DNA of 37,605 nucleotides from an uncultured Bdellovibrionales bacterium (GTDB lineage: Bacteria > Bdellovibrionota_C > UBA2361 > SZUA-149 > DAOLCO01), in contig CAYYIQ010000002.1 in assembly GCA_964472005.1 (NCBI GenBank), positions 1 to 37,605 on the forward strand, read 5' to 3'. Below are positions 8,345 through 17,800 of this stretch, piece after piece. Made by a program: the position numbers and the translations under genes. How positions within the stretch are numbered: the first letter of the stretch is position 1; every line of letters begins with the position of its first letter. The notes beneath the pieces are model-generated. The model was not told the origin of the DNA. It made no database searches and was given only the letters and a program-made list of their open reading frames with translations.

Positions 8345-10207
8345 TTAAGGCATAGAAGAAAATTCAAGTCTTCTTAAATCGTCAACCGTATAGCTACAGG
8401 TTGCAGTATTTAAAAGTGCCTTATTTGCTTGACTAAAAATATGCGCTTTTACGAGTCCGTCTGCTTGCTTAATGCAAAGATCATATTTTGCACCCTTCTT
8501 AACATTCGCACTAGAGGCACAAACAAATTGCCTGAAATTCTGTAAACACCAGTATGAAGTTTTTTGGAATTCGTAAATAGTACAGGTTGGCACATACTTA
8601 GAATTCTTTTCGATAGCTCTGCTTTGTCTTGCTAAACACGATTCATACCCAGATTTATCAAAATTGACTTCGGGAACACAATCATAAGGCCTTAAAGGAA
8701 CCTCGACGTAAGAATCAAAACTATGGGCGCCCGGCTTTAAACTTATACCATCGCTATCGAATTCAACACCTGCAGAACTTGTACGAATTAACTTTACGGA
8801 GGAGTCACATTTTACATAATAGACCAAAGAAAGCTCCGACTCATCAAGTTCTGGACCTAGATAACCTTTAGCAGGTGAACAAGATGAAGATATTAATCCC
8901 AAGCATAGTAAGATCCCCACCAGCCCGATCCTCTTGCAACTTTCAAATATTTCAAGCGTCGCACCTTTTAACTTTGTATAAATATCGAAACTCTTAACTC
9001 CCATCTCCACATTTTTATCAACATCGAAAGTTAGTTCGACTATTTTTTGAGCAAGAACTTCCTTATTTTCAACTTCTATCAGTGCTCCCCCCTCTTCTAA
9101 TAGCAACTTAACGTCTTTGACGTTACCGGTGTTAGGTCCTACTAAAATTGGCTTACCAAAATATGCAGGCTCTAGGATATTGTGGCCGCCTACATCTGAA
9201 AAAGTTCCTCCAACAAAACAAATGTCTGCTTTACGATATACTTCTAAGAGTTCGCCCATTTTATCGACGACGATAACTTTACCAGAGCTTGGATCAAAGC
9301 GTTTTCCAAAGCTATTTGGATCATCTGAACGTCTAACCACGTTAAATCCACTTTCCAGTAAATCTTGCGAGTACTTCGTGAAACGTTCAGGGTGTCTTGG
9401 CACAAGCAAAGCAATAGGAGTTACATCGAAATCTTGTAATTTGGTGAAAATTAATTCGATGCTTTCTCTGATAAGTTGTTCTTCTTCCTCTCGAACACTC
9501 CCAAAAGCTATAAAAAGCGATTGATCTGAGAAAACTAAACTTTTACTTATTTGATTCCACCAGCTTTCAAAATCCGGCTGTGAAGTAGGAATTGGAAAAT
9601 CATATTTTGTTGAACCAGTTTGAATAATTGATTTAGGATCCGCACCGATTGCAATAAACCGATCTCGATCTTTCATTGATTGCACGAATATCCGTTTAAA
9701 ACACTTTATAACGGGAGCGAAAAAGAAATTTAGTTTAGTGTACTTGGAAATAGTATGATCTGAGATTCTTCCATTCACCATAACGCAGCTTACCTGTCTT
9801 TTTACAGACTCATGTAAAAGAGCAGGCCATATTTCGGTCTCGTTTATGATAAGAATCTCTGGCTGATATATGCTTAAAAAGTTTCTTATAGTTCTTGGAA
9901 CATCTAAGGGTGCGAACCTCGATTCGATATCGGGAAGGTTCCTCTTGGCTTCTTTTAACCCCGTTTCGCTTGTTGTGGTCAGAAATATTTGACTACTTCC
10001 AACCTCTCGCTTGTACATTTCAATTAATGGGAGAATTCCCCGGACTTCACCTACCGATGCAGCGTGAAACCAAACTTTCTTTTTACTTCCTCCCGAAAAA
10101 CGAACTCGATCTTTAAAGTTCGACACGGGTGATAAATTCACGAAGTTTAGAATTCCGATAATCCAAGATAGAATTGTAGTAAAAACGCCATAAACAAAAT
10201 AGAACAT
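8345..10207 (-). CDS. waaA: 3-deoxy-D-manno-octulosonic acid (Kdo) transferase WaaA fused in frame to a ~194 aa hydrophobic-helix plus Cys-rich C-terminal module
   Basis: The N-terminal ~426 aa form a full-length WaaA: a TM anchor, WFHAASVGEVRGILPLIE, and a GGTF...GGHN.LEPA C-terminal half. It continues with no stop into KRIGLVGILLCLGLISSSC and a 10-Cys domain. The start overlaps the msbA stop as TAATG. Confidence 0.85.
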   Translation of the reverse strand: MFYFVYGVFTTILSWIIGILNFVNLSPVSNFKDRVRFSGGSKKKVWFHAASVGEVRGILPLIEMYKREVGSSQIFLTTTSETGLKEAKRNLPDIESRFAPLDVPRTIRNFLSIYQPEILIINETEIWPALLHESVKRQVSCVMVNGRISDHTISKYTKLNFFFAPVIKCFKRIFVQSMKDRDRFIAIGADPKSIIQTGSTKYDFPIPTSQPDFESWWNQISKSLVFSDQSLFIAFGSVREEEEQLIRESIELIFTKLQDFDVTPIALLVPRHPERFTKYSQDLLESGFNVVRRSDDPNSFGKRFDPSSGKVIVVDKMGELLEVYRKADICFVGGTFSDVGGHNILEPAYFGKPILVGPNTGNVKDVKLLLEEGGALIEVENKEVLAQKIVELTFDVDKNVEMGVKSFDIYTKLKGATLEIFESCKRIGLVGILLCLGLISSSCSPAKGYLGPELDESELSLVYYVKCDSSVKLIRTSSAGVEFDSDGISLKPGAHSFDSYVEVPLRPYDCVPEVNFDKSGYESCLARQSRAIEKNSKYVPTCTIYEFQKTSYWCLQNFRQFVCASSANVKKGAKYDLCIKQADGLVKAHIFSQANKALLNTATCSYTVDDLRRLEFSSMP

Positions 10208-11976
10208 TACTGTAAATTTCCTAACGATGGGAGCGGAGAATCAATATTAGTATCCCTAAATTGAATCTCATATAATCGCGAATATTCTCCCTTAGAAGCT
10301 AAAAGTTCTGAATGCTTCCCAGTCTCAATTATTTTACCGTTTTTCATTACCAAAATTTGATCAGCATTTCTAACCGTTGAAAGTCGATGTGCGATCACAA
10401 AAACAGTTCTCCCTTTCATTAACTCATCGATAGCTTTTTGGACTTGATCTTCTGAATCGTTATCAAGACTTGCAGTTGCCTCGTCCAAAATTAAGATCGG
10501 GGAATCTTTTAAGATAGCTCTTGCTATTGCGATTCTTGCTTTTTGCCCTCCTGATAGACGTCCTCCAATTTCCCCAACCGATGTTTCAAATCCGTTAGGT
10601 AATTTATCTATAAATTCGGTGGAATATGAAAGTTCTGCAGCCCTAATAACTTCCTCTTTCGAAGCACCTTGTTTACCGTATGCAATATTGTTGTAGATGG
10701 TGTCATTGAAAAGAAAAACATTTTGTCCAACAAACGAGATACTATTCCGAAGTGAAACCAATGAGTAATCTCTTATATCGTGGCCATTAATTAATATTCT
10801 CCCTGCGGTCAGATCGTAAAATCGAGGGAGGAGGTTAACCAAAGTACTCTTCCCAGACCCACTCATTCCAACTAGCGCATTGGTTGAACTTTTTTGGCAT
10901 TGAAAAGAGAGGTTGTCCAGGGCTTTAAAACCAGTTGGGTAACAGAATTCGACATTTTCAAAAATCACGCTTTCGATTTCGTCACTAACTTCTCTTTTTC
11001 CATTGTCGACAACAGTTTCAGGCTTGTCGATTATCTCAAAAATCCTATCAGCTGCGGCTATTCCAGTTTGTAAGCTTGTATTAACACGACTTAATTTTTT
11101 GAATGGCTCATACAGCAAGAAGATTGAAGTGATGAAAGCTATAAAATCGCCCTGGGTTCGTACACCATCGATAACACTTAACGCACCGTAAACAATGATA
11201 GCAGCAATCGCGAGCGTCGCTAAAACCTCATTCGTCGGAGCGGAGAGCGCACCATATTTTTCGGCTTTCATCTGAATTTTTGTGAATTCATCATTTTCTT
11301 TTTGAAATCTAGTATTTTCAAAATTTTCGCGTTGAAAAATCGTAACAATTTTATGTCCTTGAATTATTTCACTTAATAACCCCGTCATTCCGCCAAATTG
11401 CTCCTGACCAGTTCTACTTAATTTTTTAACTCGTTTTCCAAAACGAATTACGGGATAAATGCACAACGGGAAGCCAACAACAGCGATGCACGCAAGAAGA
11501 GGATCCAAATAGATAGCAACGGATAATAGTGCAATTATTCTAACGGTATCACGCATTATTGAGGCTCCCGCATCTGTTAATGCTGTTCGAACTAATAATG
11601 CATCATTCGTAATTCTTGAGATTAATCCGCCTGAACCCTGACTCTCGAAAAATTCGGGAGAATGACTGATCAATTTTTTGACAATATCATTACGAATATC
11701 TCTGACGACCGAATGCCCAACGCTCGCAGATAAATACTTTTCAAAGAAACCAAAAACACCTCGAATAATTGAAAAACCAAATAATGCGGTTACAATAAAA
11801 TATAAGGTATCCTTATCACCCTTGCCAAAAACATCATCTAGAACTGTCTTTAGCAAATATGGGATTCCACCATCAGTAGCCCCATATATTGACATCGCAA
11901 CGATTGCGAAAATGAACTTAACTTTATACGGAATTAAGTATTTTAATAGTCTGCGGTATGTTTTAGTAGAACTCAT
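10207..11976 (-). CDS. msbA: Lipid A export ABC transporter permease/ATPase MsbA
   Basis: 589 aa with six predicted TM helices, then Walker A GMSGSGKST, signature LSGGQKARIAIARA and Walker B ILILDEATASLD. It sits between lpxB and waaA with 4 nt and 1 nt overlaps. Confidence 0.88.
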   Translation of the reverse strand: MSSTKTYRRLLKYLIPYKVKFIFAIVAMSIYGATDGGIPYLLKTVLDDVFGKGDKDTLYFIVTALFGFSIIRGVFGFFEKYLSASVGHSVVRDIRNDIVKKLISHSPEFFESQGSGGLISRITNDALLVRTALTDAGASIMRDTVRIIALLSVAIYLDPLLACIAVVGFPLCIYPVIRFGKRVKKLSRTGQEQFGGMTGLLSEIIQGHKIVTIFQRENFENTRFQKENDEFTKIQMKAEKYGALSAPTNEVLATLAIAAIIVYGALSVIDGVRTQGDFIAFITSIFLLYEPFKKLSRVNTSLQTGIAAADRIFEIIDKPETVVDNGKREVSDEIESVIFENVEFCYPTGFKALDNLSFQCQKSSTNALVGMSGSGKSTLVNLLPRFYDLTAGRILINGHDIRDYSLVSLRNSISFVGQNVFLFNDTIYNNIAYGKQGASKEEVIRAAELSYSTEFIDKLPNGFETSVGEIGGRLSGGQKARIAIARAILKDSPILILDEATASLDNDSEDQVQKAIDELMKGRTVFVIAHRLSTVRNADQILVMKNGKIIETGKHSELLASKGEYSRLYEIQFRDTNIDSPLPSLGNLQ

Positions 11977-13160
11977 GCTTGCGCCTGTAATTGTGTTATA
12001 TGTACAGCTTGGATTTCACTATATATTTCTTTTGCAACCTTCTCTGCGACACTGGTCAAATCCCCAGTTTCTAACTTTGCTTTCACCGCAGCTAGATCTT
12101 CCATGATTTGTTTTCTATATTTATCGTCAAACACCAAACGCTCGACTTCATTTGCAATACTGCTTGGGTCAAATTTATCTTGCACAAACTCTCTGACAAT
12201 TTCTCTATTGGCAATCAAATTAGGCATCCCAATGAACTTCACCCCTCTTATTAGCAATTTACCGATTAGATAAGTCAACTTGGATACTCGGTAACAAATA
12301 CAAAATGGGATTCCAGATAATGCCGCTTCAATTGTAGCGGTTCCAGATGCGATAACACCCGCGTTAGCCACATGTAATAATTCTTTAGCTTGCCCCTCTA
12401 TGAACGAAACTCCTTTGATGTCTTTTTTATAGACACTTACTATTTCAGATACTGAATGAGCAACAGGAATAACAAAACATAAGTCAGGGTGTTTATTAGC
12501 TAAAATCTCAATAGACTCCAACATTATCGGCAAATTCTTAATGATTTCTGCTTTGCGACTTCCAGGTAGAAAAGCAACAATTTTCGATTTCTGCTCTATC
12601 CCATTATTGATCAAGAACTCGTTTCTGTTAACCGAATCCAAAACTTCATCGGTATATGGGTGACCTACGTATTTTGCACTGACACCTTTGTCTCGATAAA
12701 AATCTTCTTCAAAAGGAAATATTGGAAGTATCTTATCTACATACTTTTTCATCAGCTCTATTCGACCACGCCTCCAAGCCCATAGCTGAGGACTAATAAA
12801 ATAGACAACTTTAATTCCACGCTCATGTAACTTACGTGCCATTCTCAAATTAAAATCCGGGAAGTCGACCAAAACGGCAACTTTAGGTTTTCGCTCATCG
12901 ACTTCATCTAATAGCTTCCAAAATGCTTTATATAGCTGCCCTAATTTTCCAACGACCTCTGTGAATCCCATCACTGAAGCTGTAGTTCTAGCATCAACCG
13001 TCAGCTCCATCCCGTTTTTCGAAAGCTTAGCACCGCCCATCCCAAAAAATTTAGTAGTAGGAAGCAATTCCCTTAAATATGGAAGGACTAAGGCCATGTG
13101 TTCATCACTGGATGTTTCACCACAAACAATTAAAATGGACTCTTCTTTAACATTTGTCAT
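11973..13160 (-). CDS. lpxB: Lipid-A-disaccharide synthase
   Basis: 395 aa. N-terminal ILIVCGETSSDEH, then VVYFISPQLWAWR, FLPGSR..E and ASGTATIEAAL motifs typical of LpxB. Confidence 0.9.
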   Translation of the reverse strand: MTNVKEESILIVCGETSSDEHMALVLPYLRELLPTTKFFGMGGAKLSKNGMELTVDARTTASVMGFTEVVGKLGQLYKAFWKLLDEVDERKPKVAVLVDFPDFNLRMARKLHERGIKVVYFISPQLWAWRRGRIELMKKYVDKILPIFPFEEDFYRDKGVSAKYVGHPYTDEVLDSVNRNEFLINNGIEQKSKIVAFLPGSRKAEIIKNLPIMLESIEILANKHPDLCFVIPVAHSVSEIVSVYKKDIKGVSFIEGQAKELLHVANAGVIASGTATIEAALSGIPFCICYRVSKLTYLIGKLLIRGVKFIGMPNLIANREIVREFVQDKFDPSSIANEVERLVFDDKYRKQIMEDLAAVKAKLETGDLTSVAEKVAKEIYSEIQAVHITQLQAQA

Positions 13161-14155
13161 TGATTAAACACCTTTTGAAGTTCTTCAGGAACTTGACCGA
13201 ATTTTTGAGCAGACAATTGCATCGCATCTCTAATTTTATCAACTAGTTTGATAGCGTTAAGACCGTCCTGCCCTGACACCACAGGTTTTGTTCTCGATCT
13301 AACGCAATTTACGAAAGATTCTATCTGATCCCTCAAGGCATCACGAGGATTAAGTTTTTCCTCCTTTTGGTTAATGTTAGGAACACCAAAAATACTTTTC
13401 CCCTCTCCTTTGGTCGAAATTTTTATTTTTTTGGCATCGAGATCGAGAGATAGATACGAGTTTGGTTGAAATACTCTAAAACTTCTTTCTGATGTAAAAG
13501 CAGCCCTACTTGTGTTTATATTAGCTATAACACCGCCTTCAAATTCAATTCTCACATTTGCGATGTCAATAGCTCCAGTTAGGACGGGAATCCCCACGGC
13601 TTCAATTTGCACAATAGGTCGATCAACAAAATACAATAATAAATCAATATCATGGATCATTAAATCCAAAATCACATCTACATCTGCGCCCCTTCCCTTA
13701 AATGGGGCAATTCTTCTAATCTCAAAAAACCAGGGGTTGGAAAGAAAATCTTTCATCCGAACTATCGCAGGATTAAACCTTTCTACATGCCCAACCTGTA
13801 AAATTCGTTTATTTTTGTCAGAAAGGTCGACTAAAATTTCAGCTTCATCCAAAGTCGTAGTAATCGGTTTTTCGACTAGAACGTCAACGCCATTTTCGAG
13901 AAAAAATTTAGAAGCAGCAAAATGACTCTTAGTATCAGAAGCAATACTTACGCAATCTAAACCTAAATCTTTAAGTTTTTCGTAATCATCGTAAAAGGTC
14001 GACGAATACTTTTTAGCTATTTTTTTTGACTTGGAAATGTCTAGATCACAAACGGCCAATAATTCGACATTGTCTAAACCTGCATATTTTTCAGCATGAT
14101 AGGAGCCAAGGTGACCGCAACCGACTACAGCGGCCTTTATTTTAGAATCTTTCAT
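13157..14155 (-). CDS. Gfo/Idh/MocA family NAD(P)-dependent oxidoreductase, first gene of the lpxB-msbA-waaA operon (candidate UDP-GlcNAc 3-dehydrogenase, GnnA-like)
   Basis: Rossmann N-terminus KAAVVGCGHLGSYHA, an EKP motif (LVEKPIT), and HVERFNP in the C-terminal domain. It overlaps lpxB by 4 nt. The GnnA assignment is inference from gene context only. Confidence 0.7.
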   Translation of the reverse strand: MKDSKIKAAVVGCGHLGSYHAEKYAGLDNVELLAVCDLDISKSKKIAKKYSSTFYDDYEKLKDLGLDCVSIASDTKSHFAASKFFLENGVDVLVEKPITTTLDEAEILVDLSDKNKRILQVGHVERFNPAIVRMKDFLSNPWFFEIRRIAPFKGRGADVDVILDLMIHDIDLLLYFVDRPIVQIEAVGIPVLTGAIDIANVRIEFEGGVIANINTSRAAFTSERSFRVFQPNSYLSLDLDAKKIKISTKGEGKSIFGVPNINQKEEKLNPRDALRDQIESFVNCVRSRTKPVVSGQDGLNAIKLVDKIRDAMQLSAQKFGQVPEELQKVFNQ

Positions 14156-14691
14156 TTTATTCCCTATTTTGTGATTTGCGCGACAAATTTCTAAGAGAGT
14201 GACTTCAGTTCTCGCTTTTAAGCAGATACATAAAATTTATCGAAATGATATCTAACATAAGCTGCGCTATTGAATCAAAGAAGAATAGCCCAGACTCAAT
14301 TAGAACAATTTTTTATGCATAAAATCACCAATCAACAGAATCTACACCAGAGGCAGGAAAACTCGGGTTTTCGATCCACTCATGCGCTGTTTAGGAAAAT
14401 TAAATCCCAAACACAAGTTTTACATAAACATGTCATCAAAGATTGAATTCTTAGTCCGATCATCTAGCACAAATTAGTCTTAAATTCAGCCCACAGTAGT
14501 AAAATTAATAAGCAGTAATTAACCTGAATGAATGAAAAACTAGAAATTCACCATTCCCTACCTATTTAAAGAACAATACCGCTAAGCTTTGCTCACAGTT
14601 TCATGTGTATTGCATTTAAAGTACTCGAAAATATCTAAGAGATCACAACCTTTCTATTAGATAAAACATCTAAATTATTATAGACTTCAGC

Positions 14692-14723
14692 CCGAATTTA
14701 AATGAACACATTATTAAATTCGG
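14692..14723 (+). terminator. Intrinsic-terminator-like hairpin in the long spacer upstream of the GDH gene
   Basis: A 10 bp perfect stem CCGAATTTAA/TTAAATTCGG (14692-14701 / 14714-14723) with a 12 nt loop, followed directly by TTTCTTATTT. No plus-strand gene lies upstream of it in this spacer. Confidence 0.45.
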
Positions 14724-14890
14724 TTTCTTATTTGGACAGTGAAAAGTTTGAATTAAAAATTCTCTCGTTTGCGCAAAAATGAAAAACAAAAGTTTCTTTA
14801 AAATAGATTGGTAATTGTGTTTGAAGATTCAAGCACAGGCATCATACAAAAGTAATAATAACTAAATATCAAATTCAAATCATACAGTAA

Positions 14891-17800
14891 ATGAAATTAG
14901 TCGGCATAAACTCTTCTGAAAAACCTTCAAACTTAGTCAAATCACTTGTAGATTACCTTTCTGAAAAAGGTGGCAGCAACCTAGGTGAAAAAATTGAGGT
15001 TGCAAAAGGTATATTTCGTAAGATGCCAAGTTATCTTGCTCAAGAAAGTGACCTAGTTAACCTCGAAAAAATCGTTGATAATTCGCTTGAGGTCGTAGAT
15101 GTATATACCAGCGGGAAAGACCAAATTATCACGTCCTGCTTCAGCACCCCTGGTGTTGTTGATTCAATTGGATTTACCATTGCTCTTGGTGATAGACCGT
15201 TTATTGTTGACACGATTAGAGAATACTTCAAAGCAAAGAAAATTACCTTATTGTGTTTCACTCACCCAATCTTAGAATTATCTGATAAGAGACAGGTGTC
15301 TTTAAGTTTCTTCCAAATTGAAAAAGGCATCCACGTCAATGAGAGTCTAATTTTAAACGATCTAAAAAACCATTTAGATTCTTTAATTATTGCGACCGGT
15401 GATTTTCCAAAAATACTCGATCAACTCAACATTGCAATAAAGGAAATAAATGAAAGTAATGATTCATTTAAAGAGGAGGTAACTTCTTTTCTAAAATGGA
15501 TGCGAGAAGACGGGTTCATTTTTTTGGGTTACAACGAGAACGTAAACGACCAAAATCAATTAGGGATACTGAAACAAAAATCCGACCCTTTGGTGAAATC
15601 ACTCAACAACGCCCTTGCCCAAAATATCGATTTCATTAATTCCGATGACAGATCATTTTTCTGTTCGAAAACAGCTATTAAAAGTCAAATACATAGAAGA
15701 GACTACTTAGACATCATCTCCGTAAAGAGTGGTTCAAATTTTGTTCGAAACTTTGTAGGACTTTTCAGTTCTAAAGCTAACAACCAAGAAGTATCTTCTG
15801 TCCCGATATTGAGAAAAAAATTAGCTGATGTTTTAATAGAAGAAGGGCTAGTACCGAATTCTCATGATTACAAAGAAATTATCAATCTTGCAGATACAAT
15901 TCCAAAAGCTGATTTTCTGCAATATTCAAAAGAACAAGTTAGAGCTTATTTCCAAGAAATTACAAATGCTCATATACAAGGCAAATTAAAACTTATTCAT
16001 ATTGTCGACCGACTTGAAAGATTTCATTATTTTACCGTTGCGCTTCCGCGAGATCGATATTCTCGATCAGCTGTAAGTGCAATAGAAAGTATATTAAAAT
16101 CATCTTTCACATCGACCCCTAGTGAAGTTGAAACGCATGCGGTGCTAGGAGATCATCCTCTAGTACTTGTCAGGACCATGGTTCCATACAGCCCCAAGAC
16201 ATCGCTAAAAAGAACTATCGATGAGCTTGAAGAAATTATTTTAGAAAAAACGATAAGTTGGGATGAAAAATTTCAGATTTACCTCAGTGAAGAATACGAT
16301 GAAGTGAAAGCCCTAACACTTTACAATTTCTACTCTGGAGCGTTTTCTAAAACTTACCAAAGTTCCCATGACGCTAAAGATGCACTTTCTGACATACCTA
16401 TTCTTGAAAGCCTTTCAGTTGAGAACCCATTAGAACTTTCTTTTTCAGCACAAGAATCATACGATGACTCTCCTAATTACCTTTTGAAGGTGTACAAACG
16501 CGGAGAAGCGTTAACTCTTAGTAACATCGTTCCATACTTAGAAAATTGTGGTTTTAATGTCCTAAACGAAATAGTATCACCTATTGCAACCGAAGGTGCT
16601 GTTTGGGCTAATATTTACAATTTCTATTTAACTCCGAAACAACCTAGCCAGATTTCACAGGACAGAGCGACTAAAATTCTAATTCCTGGGTTAAAGGAAA
16701 TTCTTTCAAAGAAATCAAGCAATGATTTGCTCAATAGCCTGTTGATTGAACCAGGATTATCTCTACATTCAATTGCGATACTAAGGGCCTACGTAAGGTA
16801 TTTGACCCAAATTAAAATTACCTCAAGTCCTAAGCATGCGATGATTGCGCTTATCAACTACCCAGATATCGCCTGCTTACTCGCTGAGTACTTTGATCAG
16901 AAGTTTAACCCACATGGATCAAGAGAATCGATACCATCACATGAAAGATTCAACCTAATAGGCATCCTCTCACAGAAATTGAATAAGGCCTTAAAAAAGG
17001 TGTCAAACCTTAGTCACGATAGAATTCTTACGTCTTTAATTCAGTCAGTAGACGCGACCTTACGAACTAACTGTTTTGTAGAAAATGGGAACCAAGTAAT
17101 TTCTTTAAAGATTGATTGCTCTAGAATTACGAATATTCCGACTCCCATTCCATATAGAGAAATATTTGTTAGTGCACCTGATTTTCAAGGAACCCATCTC
17201 AGAGGTGGAAAAGTTTCTAGAGGTGGATTGCGATGGAGTTCAAGACCTGACGATTTTAGAACAGAAGTTCTTGGCCTCATGAAAACTCAAATGGTGAAGA
17301 ACTCGATCATTATTCCCGTAGGCGGAAAAGGAGGATTCATTCTCCACGAAGAACCGACTGAGAGAAAAGACCTCCAAAAGAAAGTTGAAAATACCTATAA
17401 AAAATTCATTCGGGCTCTTTTAGATATCACAGACAATCGGATTGGCTCCCATATTAAGACACCGCTGAACTGTATTTGCTATGACGAGTTAGATCCTTAT
17501 TTGGTAGTTGCTGCAGATAGAGGAACTGCGACTTTTAGTGATATTGCCAATGAAATAGCGACAAAAGAATACTCATTCTGGCTTGGCGACGCTTTTGCAT
17601 CAGGTGGGAGTGTTGGCTACGACCATAAAAAGCTTGGTATAACAGCCAAGGGAGCGTGGGAGTGTACAAAACGACATTTTGTTGAGTTAGGAGTAGACAT
17701 TGGTACCCAAGAATTTACTGTAGCTGGGGTTGGGGACATGTCGGGAGACGTATTTGGCAATGGGATGCTATTAAGTGACAATATAAAGCTAGTTGCAGCA

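Noticed and set aside
9117-9524. Long antisense or out-of-frame ORFs inside well-supported genes: 9117-9524, 11678-12106, 13512-13925, 22549-22944, 23883-24365, 29440-29784, 32320-32622 and 35303-35674, among others.
   Set aside because: Each lies wholly within, and opposite to or out of frame with, a gene that has clear family motifs. Their products are low-complexity Ser/Leu/Pro/Lys-rich strings with no start context, typical of spurious shadow ORFs.
14528-14569. Tiny ORFs in the gdh upstream spacer (13 codons at 14528-14569, 26 codons at 14702-14782) as possible leader peptides.
   Set aside because: No Shine-Dalgarno sequences and no codon pattern suggestive of attenuation control, such as runs of a regulatory amino acid. 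They are mentioned only as context in the spacer finding.
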